Shown here piece after piece: positions 1 to 12,804 of a DNA stretch of 64,000 nucleotides. The DNA comes from Mobula hypostoma. Lineage: Eukaryota. Both the position numbers and the translations under genes were made by a program. The DNA is taken from the NCBI RefSeq assembly GCF_963921235.1, contig NC_086097.1, positions 66,652,001-66,716,000 on the forward strand. The letters are read 5' to 3'. The notes under the pieces were generated by a model. It saw only the letters and a list, made by a program, of their open reading frames with translations. It had not been told where the DNA came from and made no database searches. The first letter of the stretch is position 1. Each line of letters begins with the position of its first letter.

Positions 1-346
1 GATGGTATTGTAATCAATATAGAGCATCCTGATGTATTCATCTTTGCTGTCCAGATGTTCCAGGGCTGATTGAATAGCCAATGAGATGGCATCTGCTGTA
101 GACCCATTGTGCCTCTATGCAAATTGGAGTAGATCCAAGTTGCTTCTCAGGCAGGACTTGAGATGTTTAATTACCAACCTCACAAAACACTTCATCACTG
201 TAGATGTAAGTGCTACCTGATAATAGTCATTGAAGCCGGTTACTACATTCTTCTTAGGCAGCGGTGTAAGTGAGGCCTGCTTGAAGACAGTGGGTATGAC
301 AGACTGCCAAAGGGAGAGGTTAACAATCTCAGTGAATACTCCAGCC
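1..346 (-). mobile_element. Rex1/Babar-type LINE RT fragment (continues at 2989 after a hAT insertion)
   Basis: Minus strand translates to SALEHLDSKDEYIRMLYIDYNTI, matching the RT region of the 30803-32287 ORF ([20 protein letters not shown]). Confidence 0.8.
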
Positions 347-2988
347 CAGCCTTTCTCAATCTTTTTGACCCTTGAAATAATTTTCAGGCCTCAGGGAATC
401 TCTGTATAAAAATTATGATACTTACAGCTCACAGTACATTGTAGCGTACTCAGTAAGTTGTAAATATAATAATCCAAAAATAATTTTCAATGCTCTTTTG
501 AGTAGAGAATCAATTTTTAGCCAAACTTTCTTGAAAAACGAACAGGTAGTTAAGCTTAGCTTATCTTTCTTGAAATTAATCTCTTTCTTTTCCTTTCGTA
601 AATTTTATAAACTCATAAGGCAAATAACTGGCTTAAACCAAAATAGGATTTAATTTTTATAAAGATAGACTTTATAGATTTAATTTAAAGAAAGGTTGCA
701 AATTGATTTTAATTCTTGCTGTTTACAACGTGAATATTTATTGACAATGTTGAATAGTAATGTTACTAAAAACCATAAGCCAAAGCAATATGAATAAAAG
801 TATAGCCTATGACAATTTTATACAAGACTTTTTAAAAACATTTTCTTACTACATGACATGATCAGGCTTTAATACAGGCCTAGCATGTGAAACCTGTGCT
901 TGTTTTTTTTTTCGCTGCAATTCTGGGTCGAACTTGAGATAAGCACACATGGATTTCACCTTTAACTGAAATGAGATGATTTCTATCCTTGTTCTTGATG
1001 CTTGTTAAACAAGAGAAAGCTTGCTCATACATGGAAGAAGTTGACAACTAGCTAAATGTTCCTTGCTTTCCTATAAATGGCAGGATACTCTTCTTTCACA
1101 GAAATCCAGAACTTGTCCAGGGGCAAATCAGTAAATCTCATCTCAAGTCAGTAAATCCTCCCGGGAGAGGGGAGAAGATGGCGACGCGACGGCAGCGCGT
1201 GCAGCCACTTCGGTAATGAATATCTGTTATCTGTCAAGTAGGGGACCATGCACAATTCTGATTTGATGGAGACAGATGTGAGAGCACAGCGGAACATCTG
1301 GAAAACTTCTGAAATGCCCACTTCGCTGCCACTGCTACTGTGTGGTAACCGGAATCTCTGGAGCTGAAGGGCCTGAAATCCTCGGCTTTGTGTGTTTCAG
1401 TGGCCGGGGAGAGATCGAAGGCGCTCAGCAGAAGATGGTGCTCAGGAGGCTGTATCGGAGAGGCTGGTCGGAAGCTTGAAGTTTTCGGATGGATGGACTG
1501 AGTGTCAGCTGGGGTCGGCTGCATCCAAGGTATTGGCAAGTTGACGATGCCTGGAGGTTTATGGCAGGGAGTTTCTCCCTTTTGCCGCCTGCTATTGGGG
1601 ACTCGGGAGTCGATCGACTCGGGACTTTGAGACTTTTTTTTACTGTGCCCATGTTCTTTATCAAATTATGGTATTGGTTTGCACTGCTGTAATTATATGT
1701 TATATTTACGTCATTCTGTTAGTGTTAGTCTTTGGTCTGTCCTGTTTTCTGTGATATTACTCCGGAGAAACATTGTATCATTTCTTAATGCATGTATGCA
1801 TTTCTAAATGACAATAAAAGAGGACTGAGTGTTCTCATAATCTAATCTAATCTAATCTAAAGTGTACTTTCGGACTGCAGCTCACAAAATTCTTCCTCTT
1901 TTCTCAAAGTCAAATTCTTAGGCTGAGCAGGAGATTCAGAGAAAGGGTCCTCACATAGTCATACACGTGTTGAAAGGGAGGAAAAATACTGTATCAATTT
2001 TGTTCTGCAGTTCTTCCAGGTGGCTTTCAAGAAAATTCAAGACTTTCTGATATCCTTCCTCACTCTCAAGCCCAAGCAGCAGTGGAAACATTTCAAGATT
2101 TCCTTTTGCAACATGATATTCCCAAAGATTCAGTTTCCTTTTAAATCCAAGAATGTTGTCACTGGAAGTCAAAACATTTTCTCCAGGGCTCTTCAGAGAT
2201 TTGTTCAAATGGTTCATATGATGAAAATTTCTGTTAAGTAGGCTAGCTTCTGCAGCCATTCTTCATCTTCAAAGCACTCAGCAAAATCTGGCCCACTTTT
2301 TTTTTGAAAGTACTCCCGCAATTCACCTTTCAGCTCTAACACCCTGTTGAGAACTGCTCTCTGCTAAGCCACCGGATTTCTGTAGGTAGCTGGAGATTGG
2401 TGTGCTCTTTGTCCAGGTTTTCACACAGTTTTTTAAACATTCTTAAGTGAACTGGTCTCTTTTAATAAAGTTAACCATTTATCTAGCATCATTCAGAACT
2501 TTTTAAAAATTTCATCTCCAAGGGTTTTTGATGTCAGCACTGCTCTGTGAAGAAAGCAGTGTGTTGTGATAATGTCAGGATTTTCTTTTTTTACAAGAGA
2601 AATGAAAAGTCTCATGGAGCCAACCATTGACGGGCAACCATCAGTACAGATGCCAACACAGTTCCTCCAAGACAGACCTTTTGTTTCCAGATATGAAGAC
2701 AAAATATTAAATATATCTTGGCTTTTGCTTGTTTCAGGCAGCTCTTGGCAACAGAAAAAGTCTTCTTGAATTTCACCATCATTTACAAATCTTACAAATG
2801 CTGCAAAATGACATTTATTGGTGAAATCTTTTGACTCATCAACCTGGATAGCGAAGCTGTTGTTTTTCAGTTTATCACACAAAACCTTCGTTGCACGAAG
2901 TTCAAAAAACAGTATTTTTTTTTTATATATCACAACCTCTCATGGAACCCCTAGCAACCTGTAACAGAACCCCGGTTGAGAAACCCTG
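347..2988 (-). mobile_element. hAT/Charlie (Buster-like) DNA transposon with disrupted transposase
   Basis: TIRs cagcctttctcaa / ttgagaaaccctg; 8-bp TSD ctccagcc (339-346) and ctccagtc (2989-2996). ORFs 2493-2933 (FAIQVDES..., CTDGCPSM, HCFLHR) and 1951-2259 are Buster-type transposase; C-terminal DLPLDKFWISVKEEYP lies near 1085-1130. Confidence 0.9.
1149..1859 (+). mobile_element. Non-coding retroposon nested in the hAT transposase; AAGATGGCG head and (AATCT)n tail
   Basis: Interrupts the transposase frame (LQSESTL|EMRFTDLPL) with a short aagt duplication. GC-rich head ggagaagatggcgacgcg; ends aatgacaataaa...(taatc)n like the Rex1 copies at 30583 and 42908. Confidence 0.75.
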
Positions 2989-3980
2989 CTCCAGTCAGTT
3001 GATCAACGCAGGTCGTTAGTACTTGGCCAGTTACTCTGTCTGGGCCGAATGTTTTTGTGGGTTCACCCTCCTGCAGGCTGCTCACACATCGACCTCAGAG
3101 ACTGAAATCACAGGACTATTGGGAGCTGTGGAGTTTGTGAAGGTTCCTCCATGTTTCAACGGTCAAAGCGAGCAGAGAAGGCATTAAGAACATCCGGAAG
3201 CAAAGCCCTGTTGTCACCTATGTTGGTTGATTTCACTGTATAAGAGGTGACAGCATTCAAAACCTGCCATAACTGTTGAGCATCCTTCATTTATTCAAGT
3301 TTAGTCCACAATTACAACTTCACCTGGAAGGTGGCATTCCAGAAATTGTACCTGGACTTCTTGTAATTTTCTTGGTCACCTGACTTCAATGCCTCTGATC
3401 TGGCCTCAGCAGACTGCAGATCTCATGGTTAATCCAGGGCTTCTGGTTGGAGAAGACTGAATGATTTTGTGGGGACACACTCGTGACAACTGTTTTTATA
3501 AAGTCCATGACAACCATGGTGTAGTCATTCAGATCCACTGATGAATACGGCCCATTCCACTGAATCAAAGCAATTCCATAGCCATTCCTCTGCCTCCCAC
3601 AGCCACCTCTTTGTTGTCCTGATCTCTGGAGCTTTGATCTTTAGCCTCTGCCTCTGTGCAGGTAGGAGAAGGACAGCCAAGTGATCAGATTTCCCGAAAT
3701 GTGCCATGGGCATGGAACAGTTGGCATTCCTTATCTTAGTATAGCAGTCCTCTAGTGTGTTAGGACCTCTGCTGTTACAGGTTATATGCTAATTGTTATA
3801 GGGCAGGGATTTCTTCAAACAAGCCTGTTTGCAGTCCCTGACTATGATGTGAAATGTGTCAGGATGGACTGTTCCTGGTTTGGAGACGGTATCATGCTGT
3901 ATGTCGTGTGTTTGATTATAGTGGATAGCTGGCAGTGTGTAAACTCTGGTGAGGATCATGGATGTGAATTCCTGAGGTAA
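2989..3980 (-). mobile_element. Rex1/Babar-type LINE fragment (endonuclease end and linker)
   Basis: ORFs 3525-3713 (HFGKSDHLAVLLLP) and 3386-3568 (NQKPWIN); colinear with 1-346. Confidence 0.8.
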
Positions 3981-4289
3981 AGAGATAGGTTCTTGATTAC
4001 TAAGGGCATCAAAGGTTATGGGGGGAAGCTTGCTAATGAAATTAGATAAGGATGTGAACAGGGAGGAAAGATATTAAGAGGTTTCAATTGAGAATATGGA
4101 AAACTAAATGAGTGATCAGCAGAAAGATAGATATGGGGGAAAAGGCTGAGGTTAGCTGCTTTGAACAAACCATAAAGAACAGGATATTTGCCGAAAGGTG
4201 AGAGACTGGGTAGTGTTGATGTTTAAAGGGGTCCAGATTGCTCGAACGCAAGTCCCTGAAGGCCAACATGCAGGTACTTCAAGCAGAGC

Positions 4290-5167
4290 ACCAATAACCT
4301 CTCCTGCTCACTGACAATCAATACAGGTGCACCTTAGAAACTGTGCTTATTCCACTGCTCTGCCCTCTCTGCACTCATGACTATATAGCTAAGCACGGCT
4401 CACATGGCATCTATAACTTGCTAATGACACCACTGTTGTTTGCAGAATTTAGGTGAGTGGTATTGCAACACAACTTTGCACTCAACATCAGCAAGTAGAA
4501 GGAATTGATCGTGGGCATTGGGAAGGGGAAGTTTGGAGAACACACACCAATTTTCATTGAGATGCCAGCAATGGAAAGAGTAAGCAACTTCGAATTCCTG
4601 GGTGTCAGCATCTCAGAGGATCTATCCTGGGCCCAAGTCAATGATGCAATCACAAAGAAGGCACACCAGTGGCTCTATTTCATTAGTGTGTTGAGGAGAT
4701 CAGGTATGTCACCAAAGACTTGTACAAATTTCTATAGATGTACCATGGAGAGCATTGTGACTGGTTGCATCACAGCCTGGTATGAAGCCTCTAGTGCACA
4801 GGATCACAAGAAACTACAGAAAGTTGTAGCTCAGCTAGTTCCGTCTCAAGCACAACCCTTCCCGTCTTCAAGGACATCTTCAAGGAGCCCTGTCTCAAGA
4901 AAGTGGAATCTATCATTAAAGACATTCACCTTCCGGGACAAGCCCTCTACCATGTTACTACCATGGGGGAAGACGTTTAGGAGCCTGAAGACCCACATTC
5001 AACGTTTCAAAGACAGCTTCTTCCCCTCCTCTTCATCAGATTTGTGAATGGACCATGAACCCACAAACATTACCTCATTAATTGTCTTTTACACCATTAG
5101 TTATTTTTGTAATTTTCATGTACTACTGCTGCAAATCAACAAATTTCACAACATATATCAGTGATAA
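4290..5167 (+). mobile_element. Rex1/Babar-type LINE 3' fragment
   Basis: ORF 4505-5047 has FLGVSISEDLSW and KKAHQWLYF...FYRCTMESI, homologous to the C-terminus of 30803-32287. Confidence 0.8.
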
Positions 5168-5169
5168 TT

Positions 5170-6545
5170 CAAATGACATATTGGCCATTATAATGAGAGG
5201 GTCTGATTATAGAGATAAGGAGCCATAATGTACTGTAAAGGGCCTTCCTGAAAGAGGGCATTGTGTACATTTTTGTTTCTGCACTTACATAAGGATGTAC
5301 TGGCCATGTAGGAGGAGCAGCACGGATCCCTGTTGCTGCATCTTGACCTGAAATGTCAATCTCCCCTTTGCCTCCCAAAATGCTGCTGACCCATTGAGTT
5401 CTTTCAGCAAAGGTTCACTGTATCCATTTCAGGATGGCACGTTTGCCATGTCAGGATTTAGGAGAGATTGAATAGACTTTGATAATGTTCCCTAGGGTTT
5501 AGGAGAATGAGAGAAGGTTTTATCATAATTTACAAAATTGTTAAAGGACTCCACTGGCCACGTGAAGGGAGGATGCTTCCCATTGACTGAGGGGTGTAGA
5601 ACCAGGGAGTACATTTTTGGAAGGGAAGGGGTAGGCTAATTAGGAACAATTGAGCCACTTAAGGATAACAGCGGGTAAAGTGCTAATTTCTGGTATTCTG
5701 TGCTAAAGAGAGTTGTCAAAGGTATTTCATTAGAATTATTTAAAGAGGACTCTGATCAGTTTTTGAAAGATTAGAGGATTCAGGTTTATGTGGATCTGGC
5801 ACAAGAAGGGGCTGAGGCCTGAAATAGATCAACCTTGATCATATTGAAGGATAGAGCAGACCTAAGTGGCCAAGTGACTTACTCACAGAGCCTTATAGAA
5901 TGGAAACCAGCCTCCTGGCCATACTTGTCTATTCCAACTGTGTTATCCAGTGAGCTAGTCCTATGTTTGGCCTATAGTCCTCAAAACCTCTACTATCCAG
6001 GTACTTATCTGGATGGCTTTTAAATGTTGCTAATGTGCTTGCCTCAACTATCTCTGGCAGCTCATCTCAAATACGTACCATCCATTGCATGAAGAAGCTG
6101 CCCCTGATGTCCCTCTTAAATCTTTTCCTCCAATCTTAAGCTTACTGTCTCTCATTTTTAGCACTGCCTTCCTGGAAAAGATACTGTGCTTTCATCCTGT
6201 CTGTTCCCCTCATGATCTTAAGTACCCCCACCAGGTCACTTTCAATCTCCTACGTTCCAGGGAATAATGTCCCAGTCTATGCAAACACTCCTGCAAATCA
6301 AGCAACATCCTGGTGAAATTTTCTGCACTCTTTCTAGTTTAATAACAATTTACCTATAAGCCGGTGACCAAACTGTACACAATACTGCAAGTGAGGCCTC
6401 ACCAACATCTTGTATAACAGCAACACAACTTCACAACTCCTGCACCCGGAACCCTGACTGACGAAGGCCAGCATGCCAAATGCCTTCTTCTCCAACCTCT
6501 CTATCCGAGACGCCACTTTCAACTTGCACTCCTCGGTCCCTCTGT
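5170..6545. mobile_element. Degraded CR1 LINE 3' fragments on both strands
   Basis: ORF 6334-6522 (KKAFGMLAF...LYKMLVRPHLQYCVQF) matches the CR1 C-terminus at 63135-63860. Confidence 0.7.
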
Positions 6546-9500
6546 TTCAATCTCCTACTCCTGTTTTCTTGTATTTTTGTGAATGAGGTAAGGCACTTGC
6601 ATAATGGTGAGACTTTGAGATTCTCTATCCAGATGGCTTTGTGGGCTCAGTCATTGTGTTAATTTGAACAGAATGATGGTTTTTTTGGATCTTAGGTGAA
6701 TCAAAGGATGTAATGATAGTGATGGAAAATGGCACTGAGGTTGAAGATCAGCTGTGATTTTATTGAATGGTAGAGCAGTTTGAAGGGCCAGGTAGTCTAC
6801 TCATGTCTCATTCCCCTATCGTATCTTTATGCAGCTCTATATGCTTTGGAATAAGTTTAACAGCCGCTATAATTTTATATATCTAGAATAATTTAAATGA
6901 AGGGTCATTTAATGAGTGATGAGCAGTAGCTTCTAAAAATACGCTTTAACCAATCACACTTCAACTACTCACATTAGTTTACACAACCATTTTACTATAT
7001 TTAAGCTACAATAAAACATAATGTACTACTATATTAATGCTGTAAATGTGACAAATGATCTTGGTACATTTATTGTTGCTATCTAATTCACATCATGATT
7101 CTACTCCATTCAAATTGTTAATTTCTTTGAATGTTCACGGTTAAAGCCTCATACGTAGCCACTTGAAATTCAGACCTAGGCTTGAGTGCATAATCTTCCT
7201 GGCTGAAACTAACTTTGGTGTCAGTCTGGACTGAGGGGCCTGTGCTGTAGGTACTGGGTCAGGAAGGTTAAGATGAAATCTATGCTATGGGAATACTACA
7301 TTATTGTAAGTGCTTTCCTAGTGATGACCCCTGGGAGGATTTTAACCAAGTGTATTGGGTTTTGCTAAAGGGAATGCCATACCCAACTCATGTTTTTAAT
7401 GTGATGTTTAGTTATTGCATATCTGGAGATGAATTGATATATAAACTTTAGTACTTTATAGTTCTTTGGAGAGCAGCTCTTTGACCAGTGCAAGGAGATA
7501 ATTGAGAACCATTGTTTCATATTTCATGTCTGATAGAAGGTCACCTCGGATAATCTTCACCATTTATAAACTTCCTAATGTATCTCTCATATCTGAAAGG
7601 TAAAAACACATTTTCTGCAGCAGAGAACAAAGATCTTTTTCTGCAGAGCTATCTTTACAAGAAAATCATGACTAATTTATCAGTACAAATACTTCAAAGG
7701 CACCATCAGGATAATTTCCGTAAATAAATGACAATTCACTGAACATGTCATGCTAAGGTCGCCTTCTGATGACTCTTCTGAGGAAAGTTCATTGACCTGG
7801 CATGTTAACCTTTCCTCTCTCCACAGATGCTGCCTGTCTTGCTGTGAATCTCAAGCTTTCTCCATTTTCCTGTAGGGTTAACTTCCACCCCTGTTTATTG
7901 ATGGCCCTTTTGTGAGCTCACAGAGGAATTATAGGATCCACATAGTCAATACTCTTGGTGATTACAATACAAAAGGTAAATTAGCGGAACTAATACTGGT
8001 TCAATCTTTGGACTTTGGTGCCCAAACTTGGAGGAATGCTTTTCTTCCTCCAGTGATTTTGTCATTATCATTTCTAAGAGCTTGATGAACAGACCCAGAC
8101 TTGGAGTCATAGGTTTTACTTACCTGTCTGATTAAAATCCAATTATAGACCCAAGTTTTAGGGGTTCAACAAGTATCCAGCCAACTAGTTTGAATAGATC
8201 AAATATTATTATTTGCTTTGGTGTACAGTGGTTACATAATCAAATTAATAATCAAGATGCTATAACTGGTGATATACGTTCAAATCCCATTATGACCAAT
8301 TAATTTTAAAAACAGTAATTAATTTTAATACAGTCTCAGTAATGGCAAAATTATTGTCATAAAGCTTCTAGTTCACTATTGCCATTCAGGATAAAAAATG
8401 TGCATCCAAATCTAATAACTATGAACTTTCATCTGAAATGACCCAGTAAGCTGCATCATTACCACTATGACACACCAGTCCCTGCAGCTGTATGGAAAGA
8501 TGAGATGGGAAGAGTGATTGTTATAGAGTCACAGTACAATAAGACGTTAGCCCTCCTCAGTTTGGTCATTCTATTGCAATACCAGGCTATTTCCATTTAT
8601 CATTTGTATTCCATTCATTGAAGAAATGACCAACCACTCACTTTATAGGTCTGGTTTGATTGATGTCTGTCATCAGCCAAGTTTATCTTTCAGCCCTTGA
8701 GCAAAGCTGGTTGCTTATATTGGGGAAGAGTTTTACATACATGATGCCAAACTTTTAAATGTTTCATGAATGAGAGAAAGTTTATCATTACTGATGAGTT
8801 TCTGTGCACCTTCCCCTAATGCCAGGGCCCCTGTTTCACATTACTGATGAATTCGGCAATGGTTGGAACCTTTAGAGTCAATTTGATATCATCAAAGACA
8901 AATATTGTTCAAAACATTTCGGGGCAGCTGCTGAACTGCAACACAGGCGCTCAGCATTGTTTTAGTACTCTGTAATACTTAGGCATGGGAATTTGCTGCA
9001 CCGTCTTCCAAGGACCAGTGTTTTTTACGGACAGGCAGAGTTTCCTGGGGAAAACACTTTTCAAATAGCAGGAAACTAGAGTGGAATATGTTAAAGGGTG
9101 AGAGCTGTTGGCAACTTGCCTTGTCCTAGACCAAGGAAACAAATATCCTTTGGGTGGATAAAATAGCAGAGGAAAGGCCAAATAGCTGTCCAAAGATGCT
9201 AACTTGATCACATCAGAAATATTTTAATACTAAAGACAAAATTATTTCTTTAAGGGTGCTCCTAATAAGCGTGCATTTTATTTATTGCTCCTGTAAAACA
9301 GGAGATGGAGCGTGAAGCGTGGATGAGTTTTCAAGGACATGGAATATTTCATTTTGAAAATAATCCCAGGTCACTTGTAAATCAATATCATTTAATGAAA
9401 CAAAGCAGTGTTTACAATAATATTTTAATTCTATTTCAGTACATGGATATTTGGCTGTACTGGAATCTTTTGCCCATTATTTATTGACTTGGAGAACACA

Positions 9501-9636
9501 AGACATTAAGAGTACGAGTAAGCCACCTGACCCCTCAAGCCTGGCCTAGCATTCAATGTGACCATGGCAGATTTACACTGGCCTTAGCTCCTCTGACAGC
9601 TCCCAAAGCTCTCAATTCTTCAATCTTCCAAAACTA

Positions 9637-9960
9637 CACCCAGTGACAACTTTATTGGGCACATCTGCAGTTCATGCAATTATCAGCCAATCATGTGGCA
9701 GCAGCTCAATGCATAAAAGCATGCAGACATTGTCAAGTGGTTCAGTTGTTGTTCAGACCAAACATCAGGATGGTGAAGAAGTATGATCTAAGTAACTTTG
9801 ATTGGGTGATGATTGTTGGTGCCAGACGTGGTGGTTTGAGTATCTCAAAAACTACTGATCCCCTAGAATTTTCACACACAAGTCTCTGGAGTTTATTACA
9901 GAGAATGGTGCAAAAAATTTTTTTAAAATCCAGTGAGCAGCAAATCCATGGGCAAAAATG
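9637..9960 (+). mobile_element. Tc1-like element, left end with transposase N-terminus
   Basis: TA then a TIR resembling cactcagtggccactttattagg; ORF 9674 encodes MVKKYDLSNFDWVMIVGARRGGLSIS (Tc1 paired-like HTH start). Same family as 28950 and 43888. Confidence 0.8.
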
Positions 9961-9962
9961 CA

Positions 9963-10625
9963 ACTGTGTGGCCGTTGGACACTACACTGTGCTTAGAGCA
10001 AACAGTTTTTAAATAGTATCAGTTGTGTGCACTTGTGTTTAAAAAGCAGTGATTTTTGTCACTGATAGTTCGCAAGAAATAAATTGTAAGACAATTCAGA
10101 AATGTTTTGCTCACCGTGGTTTCAAGCATTCAGGCATGGAGATGCCAGAAATGGCTGGGAATGAAAACGAAACGATTTTACTACTTCAACAAGTTAGGAA
10201 CTATGAAGAATTTGAACAGTCAATCATCTTGACTGTTACCATGAAAGTGAAGATCTGGAGGATGCAATCACCAAAGGCCTTGTCTGAAGTCAGTCCGTTA
10301 TCTGCACTAAGTGCCTGTATTGATTTTGCTCATTTATAGTCAATCAAAAGACCATGGAAGAAGACATTCTATGAATTCCTCCCACAATAATTATTAAGAA
10401 CTAATACACATTTTTATCTGTAGTTCTGTAGCAGTATTGATAGTATTATAATTTGTTCTGTATTTCATTCAAATACATAATTATTCACTCAGTTAAACAT
10501 TAGCTTGTCTTGTCTATTTTACATTTTTAACTGTTTCCATAAAACTTTGGCTAATTGAGGTGGCTGCTTAATTGGACCAAAATACACTGGTCCTGATTTT
10601 GTCTCATTTAACCAGAATTCTCTGT
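9963..10625. mobile_element. Tigger/pogo-like non-autonomous DNA transposon fragment
   Basis: Homologous to 60013-60832 and 23292-23502 (shared ttaattggaccaaaat...tggtcc...ttaaccagaat terminus). Confidence 0.6.
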
Positions 10626-10639
10626 GTAAGAAAAGTGGA

Positions 10640-11205
10640 GTTCAAGTTCAAGTTTAATTGACATTCATGAATACCCATGAATATAGCCAATCAAAACAAT
10701 GTTACTCCAGGGCCAAGCAGCTAAACATAATACCAACAGTCATACGCAGCACAAGGCACACATATCACATATATGACAGGAGTTAAATACAGTGCAAAGA
10801 AATAGTCCAAGTCCCTGAGTCCATAAATGTTGTAGCAGTCTGCATTTGAACACAATACATCTTGTCTTCTTCTGAGCGAACACTGGAGAGCAGCACGGAC
10901 TCCAGCCTGTATGCCACGCCACACTGCCTCCGGCACTCTAGTGGAGCAGACGGATTCTGATGCCTCTCTCCCGGTCAGCTGCAAATCGGCTACACCGTGG
11001 CTTGAGACCTGGTCCTCACTACAAACCGAGGCCACGCAGCTCCCCTGCCACTCACCAGTAAAGCATTGAATCAAGACCTGAAGTACTTTAAGTTGTTAAT
11101 GTTTAGCAGGGTGTTGTGATCATCAAAAATTCATTTAAAAAAGACTATTACACCTTTTGTTTTGTTAGAAGCCGCTGCGTCCAAGCACAGCATCATCTTA
11201 CCAAA
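10640..11205 (-). mobile_element. Non-coding retroposon with taagatg head and short-repeat tail
   Basis: Minus-strand head ggtaagatgatgctgtgcttggacgcagcgg; tail aattaaacttgaacttgaac. Homologous to 36955-37695. Confidence 0.6.
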
Positions 11206-12269
11206 AGTTACTGTACCATTCAGTAAAGTGTTGTGATCAAAGGCCTTCTCAACCTTGCAGGCAAAATGAGTACTTCCCATTGGACCTGAATACACACTCC
11301 TGTGAATAATTCAAAGTTCAAAGTACATTTATTATCAAAGTACTTGTATGTCACCATATATTACCCTGACATTCATTTCTTGCAGGCTTTCACAGTAGAA
11401 CAAAGAAATACAATAGAATCAATGAAAAACTGCACACAACGACTGACAAGCAGCCAGAGTACAAAAGAAGGCAAACTGCAAATACAAAAGAAAGAAAGAA
11501 ATATATAAATAATACTGAGAACATGAGTTGCTGAGTCCCAAATGCATGGTTCTGTTTGAAATATCTTCTCTTTGTCCATGTACTAATTTGATAAGGTAAC
11601 AAAACAATCTAGAATAACATTTGCTAGATTAGCATCCATGTATTACACTTGGTAAATAAGATTAAATATTGGTAATTTTTAGAATGTTAACTTTTGATAT
11701 CTTTAACATGTTTGCAGATGAATATGCAAAAATATATATTTTCTTTCATATGGTTAGTTTTTCTTGCATTTCCTGTCTTTCTTAAAGTCTTGTCTTGCTA
11801 CAAATAGCTGTATATCTCAGACCAATCCCTTCTGAAAAAAATCTGCTGAAAAGTAAGAACGTTATTTAATTTAAGACATCGTTGGATACAATAGTAATCT
11901 TTTTCAGGAAACCTTTCTTTGTGTTTGTGAGGAATTGCAGGAAGTCTATCATTCCTCTTGGAATTAGCTTTCATGTTTCTTTTGTTTAACAATTTATGGG
12001 ACAAGGAATGCTTTAGCTCAGAGTAAAGAATACAGGAATCACATTTTAAGATTGTGTATATAACCAAGAACAATTTAAGGAATACAGATCAGTAAGCATA
12101 TTTCTAAGTCAAACGTTTTAAAATCTAAATGTTCTACTTAAAAAAACAGCAAAATGGAAAACATAAAGCTTGTTTAGATGGGAACACCTTTTGAACCTTG
12201 GGAAGTTCATATTAGCCTCTCTCTTTCCAAAGTCACTGTGCTTTACTAACTTACATACTATAATGCACA

Positions 12270-12600
12270 AAAAAGCATTTGACCCATCATGTTCACATCA
12301 GCCCCAAGCAGAGCAATTCCATCAGTCCTGTTTCTCTTCTCCTAGTTCTTTATACCCCTACAACTTTACCTACTCTGGCCGTTTACGGTTGCCAATCAAG
12401 CACCAGCATGTCTTTAGAATGTGCAGGCAGGAAACCAGAACTTGTGGGGAAAACTCATGCCATCACAGGGATGGGTTTTCTCTATGGGATGGTGCAAACA
12501 CCACACTCGTAGCCTCTCAGGAAAGGATCGAACCTGGGTACTTGCACCTGTGAGGGAGCAGACCAACAGCTACATTTCCTGTCTGCGCTGAGGCTGTGCT
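12270..12600 (-). mobile_element. Degraded V-SINE (HE1-like)
   Basis: Reverse complement resembles the V-domain and tail of 59455-59765 (aggaaaccagaac..., aggatcgaacctggg B-box-like). Confidence 0.5.
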
Positions 12601-12804
12601 ACATGCTTCCTTCCCAGTAAGTAAGCAGCCAGACAAACTAGCTGTCAGCCAGAGAGCAACCTGGTCAAACAATTTAACTAACTCCCAAGGGACTTCAGGA
12701 AATACAGGTTTCCATCCAGAGAATGTTGTTACAGTAATATTGGGGAACTTTAAAAAATAGTGTAAACTGCAATTCTGCTGGTTTAATGCTTTTTTCCTGC
12801 TTGA

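Noticed and set aside
1951..2933. Domesticated ZBED/SCAND3-like host gene
   Set aside because: Frameshifted, interrupted by a retroposon, and bounded by TIRs and TSD, so it is a transposon fossil.
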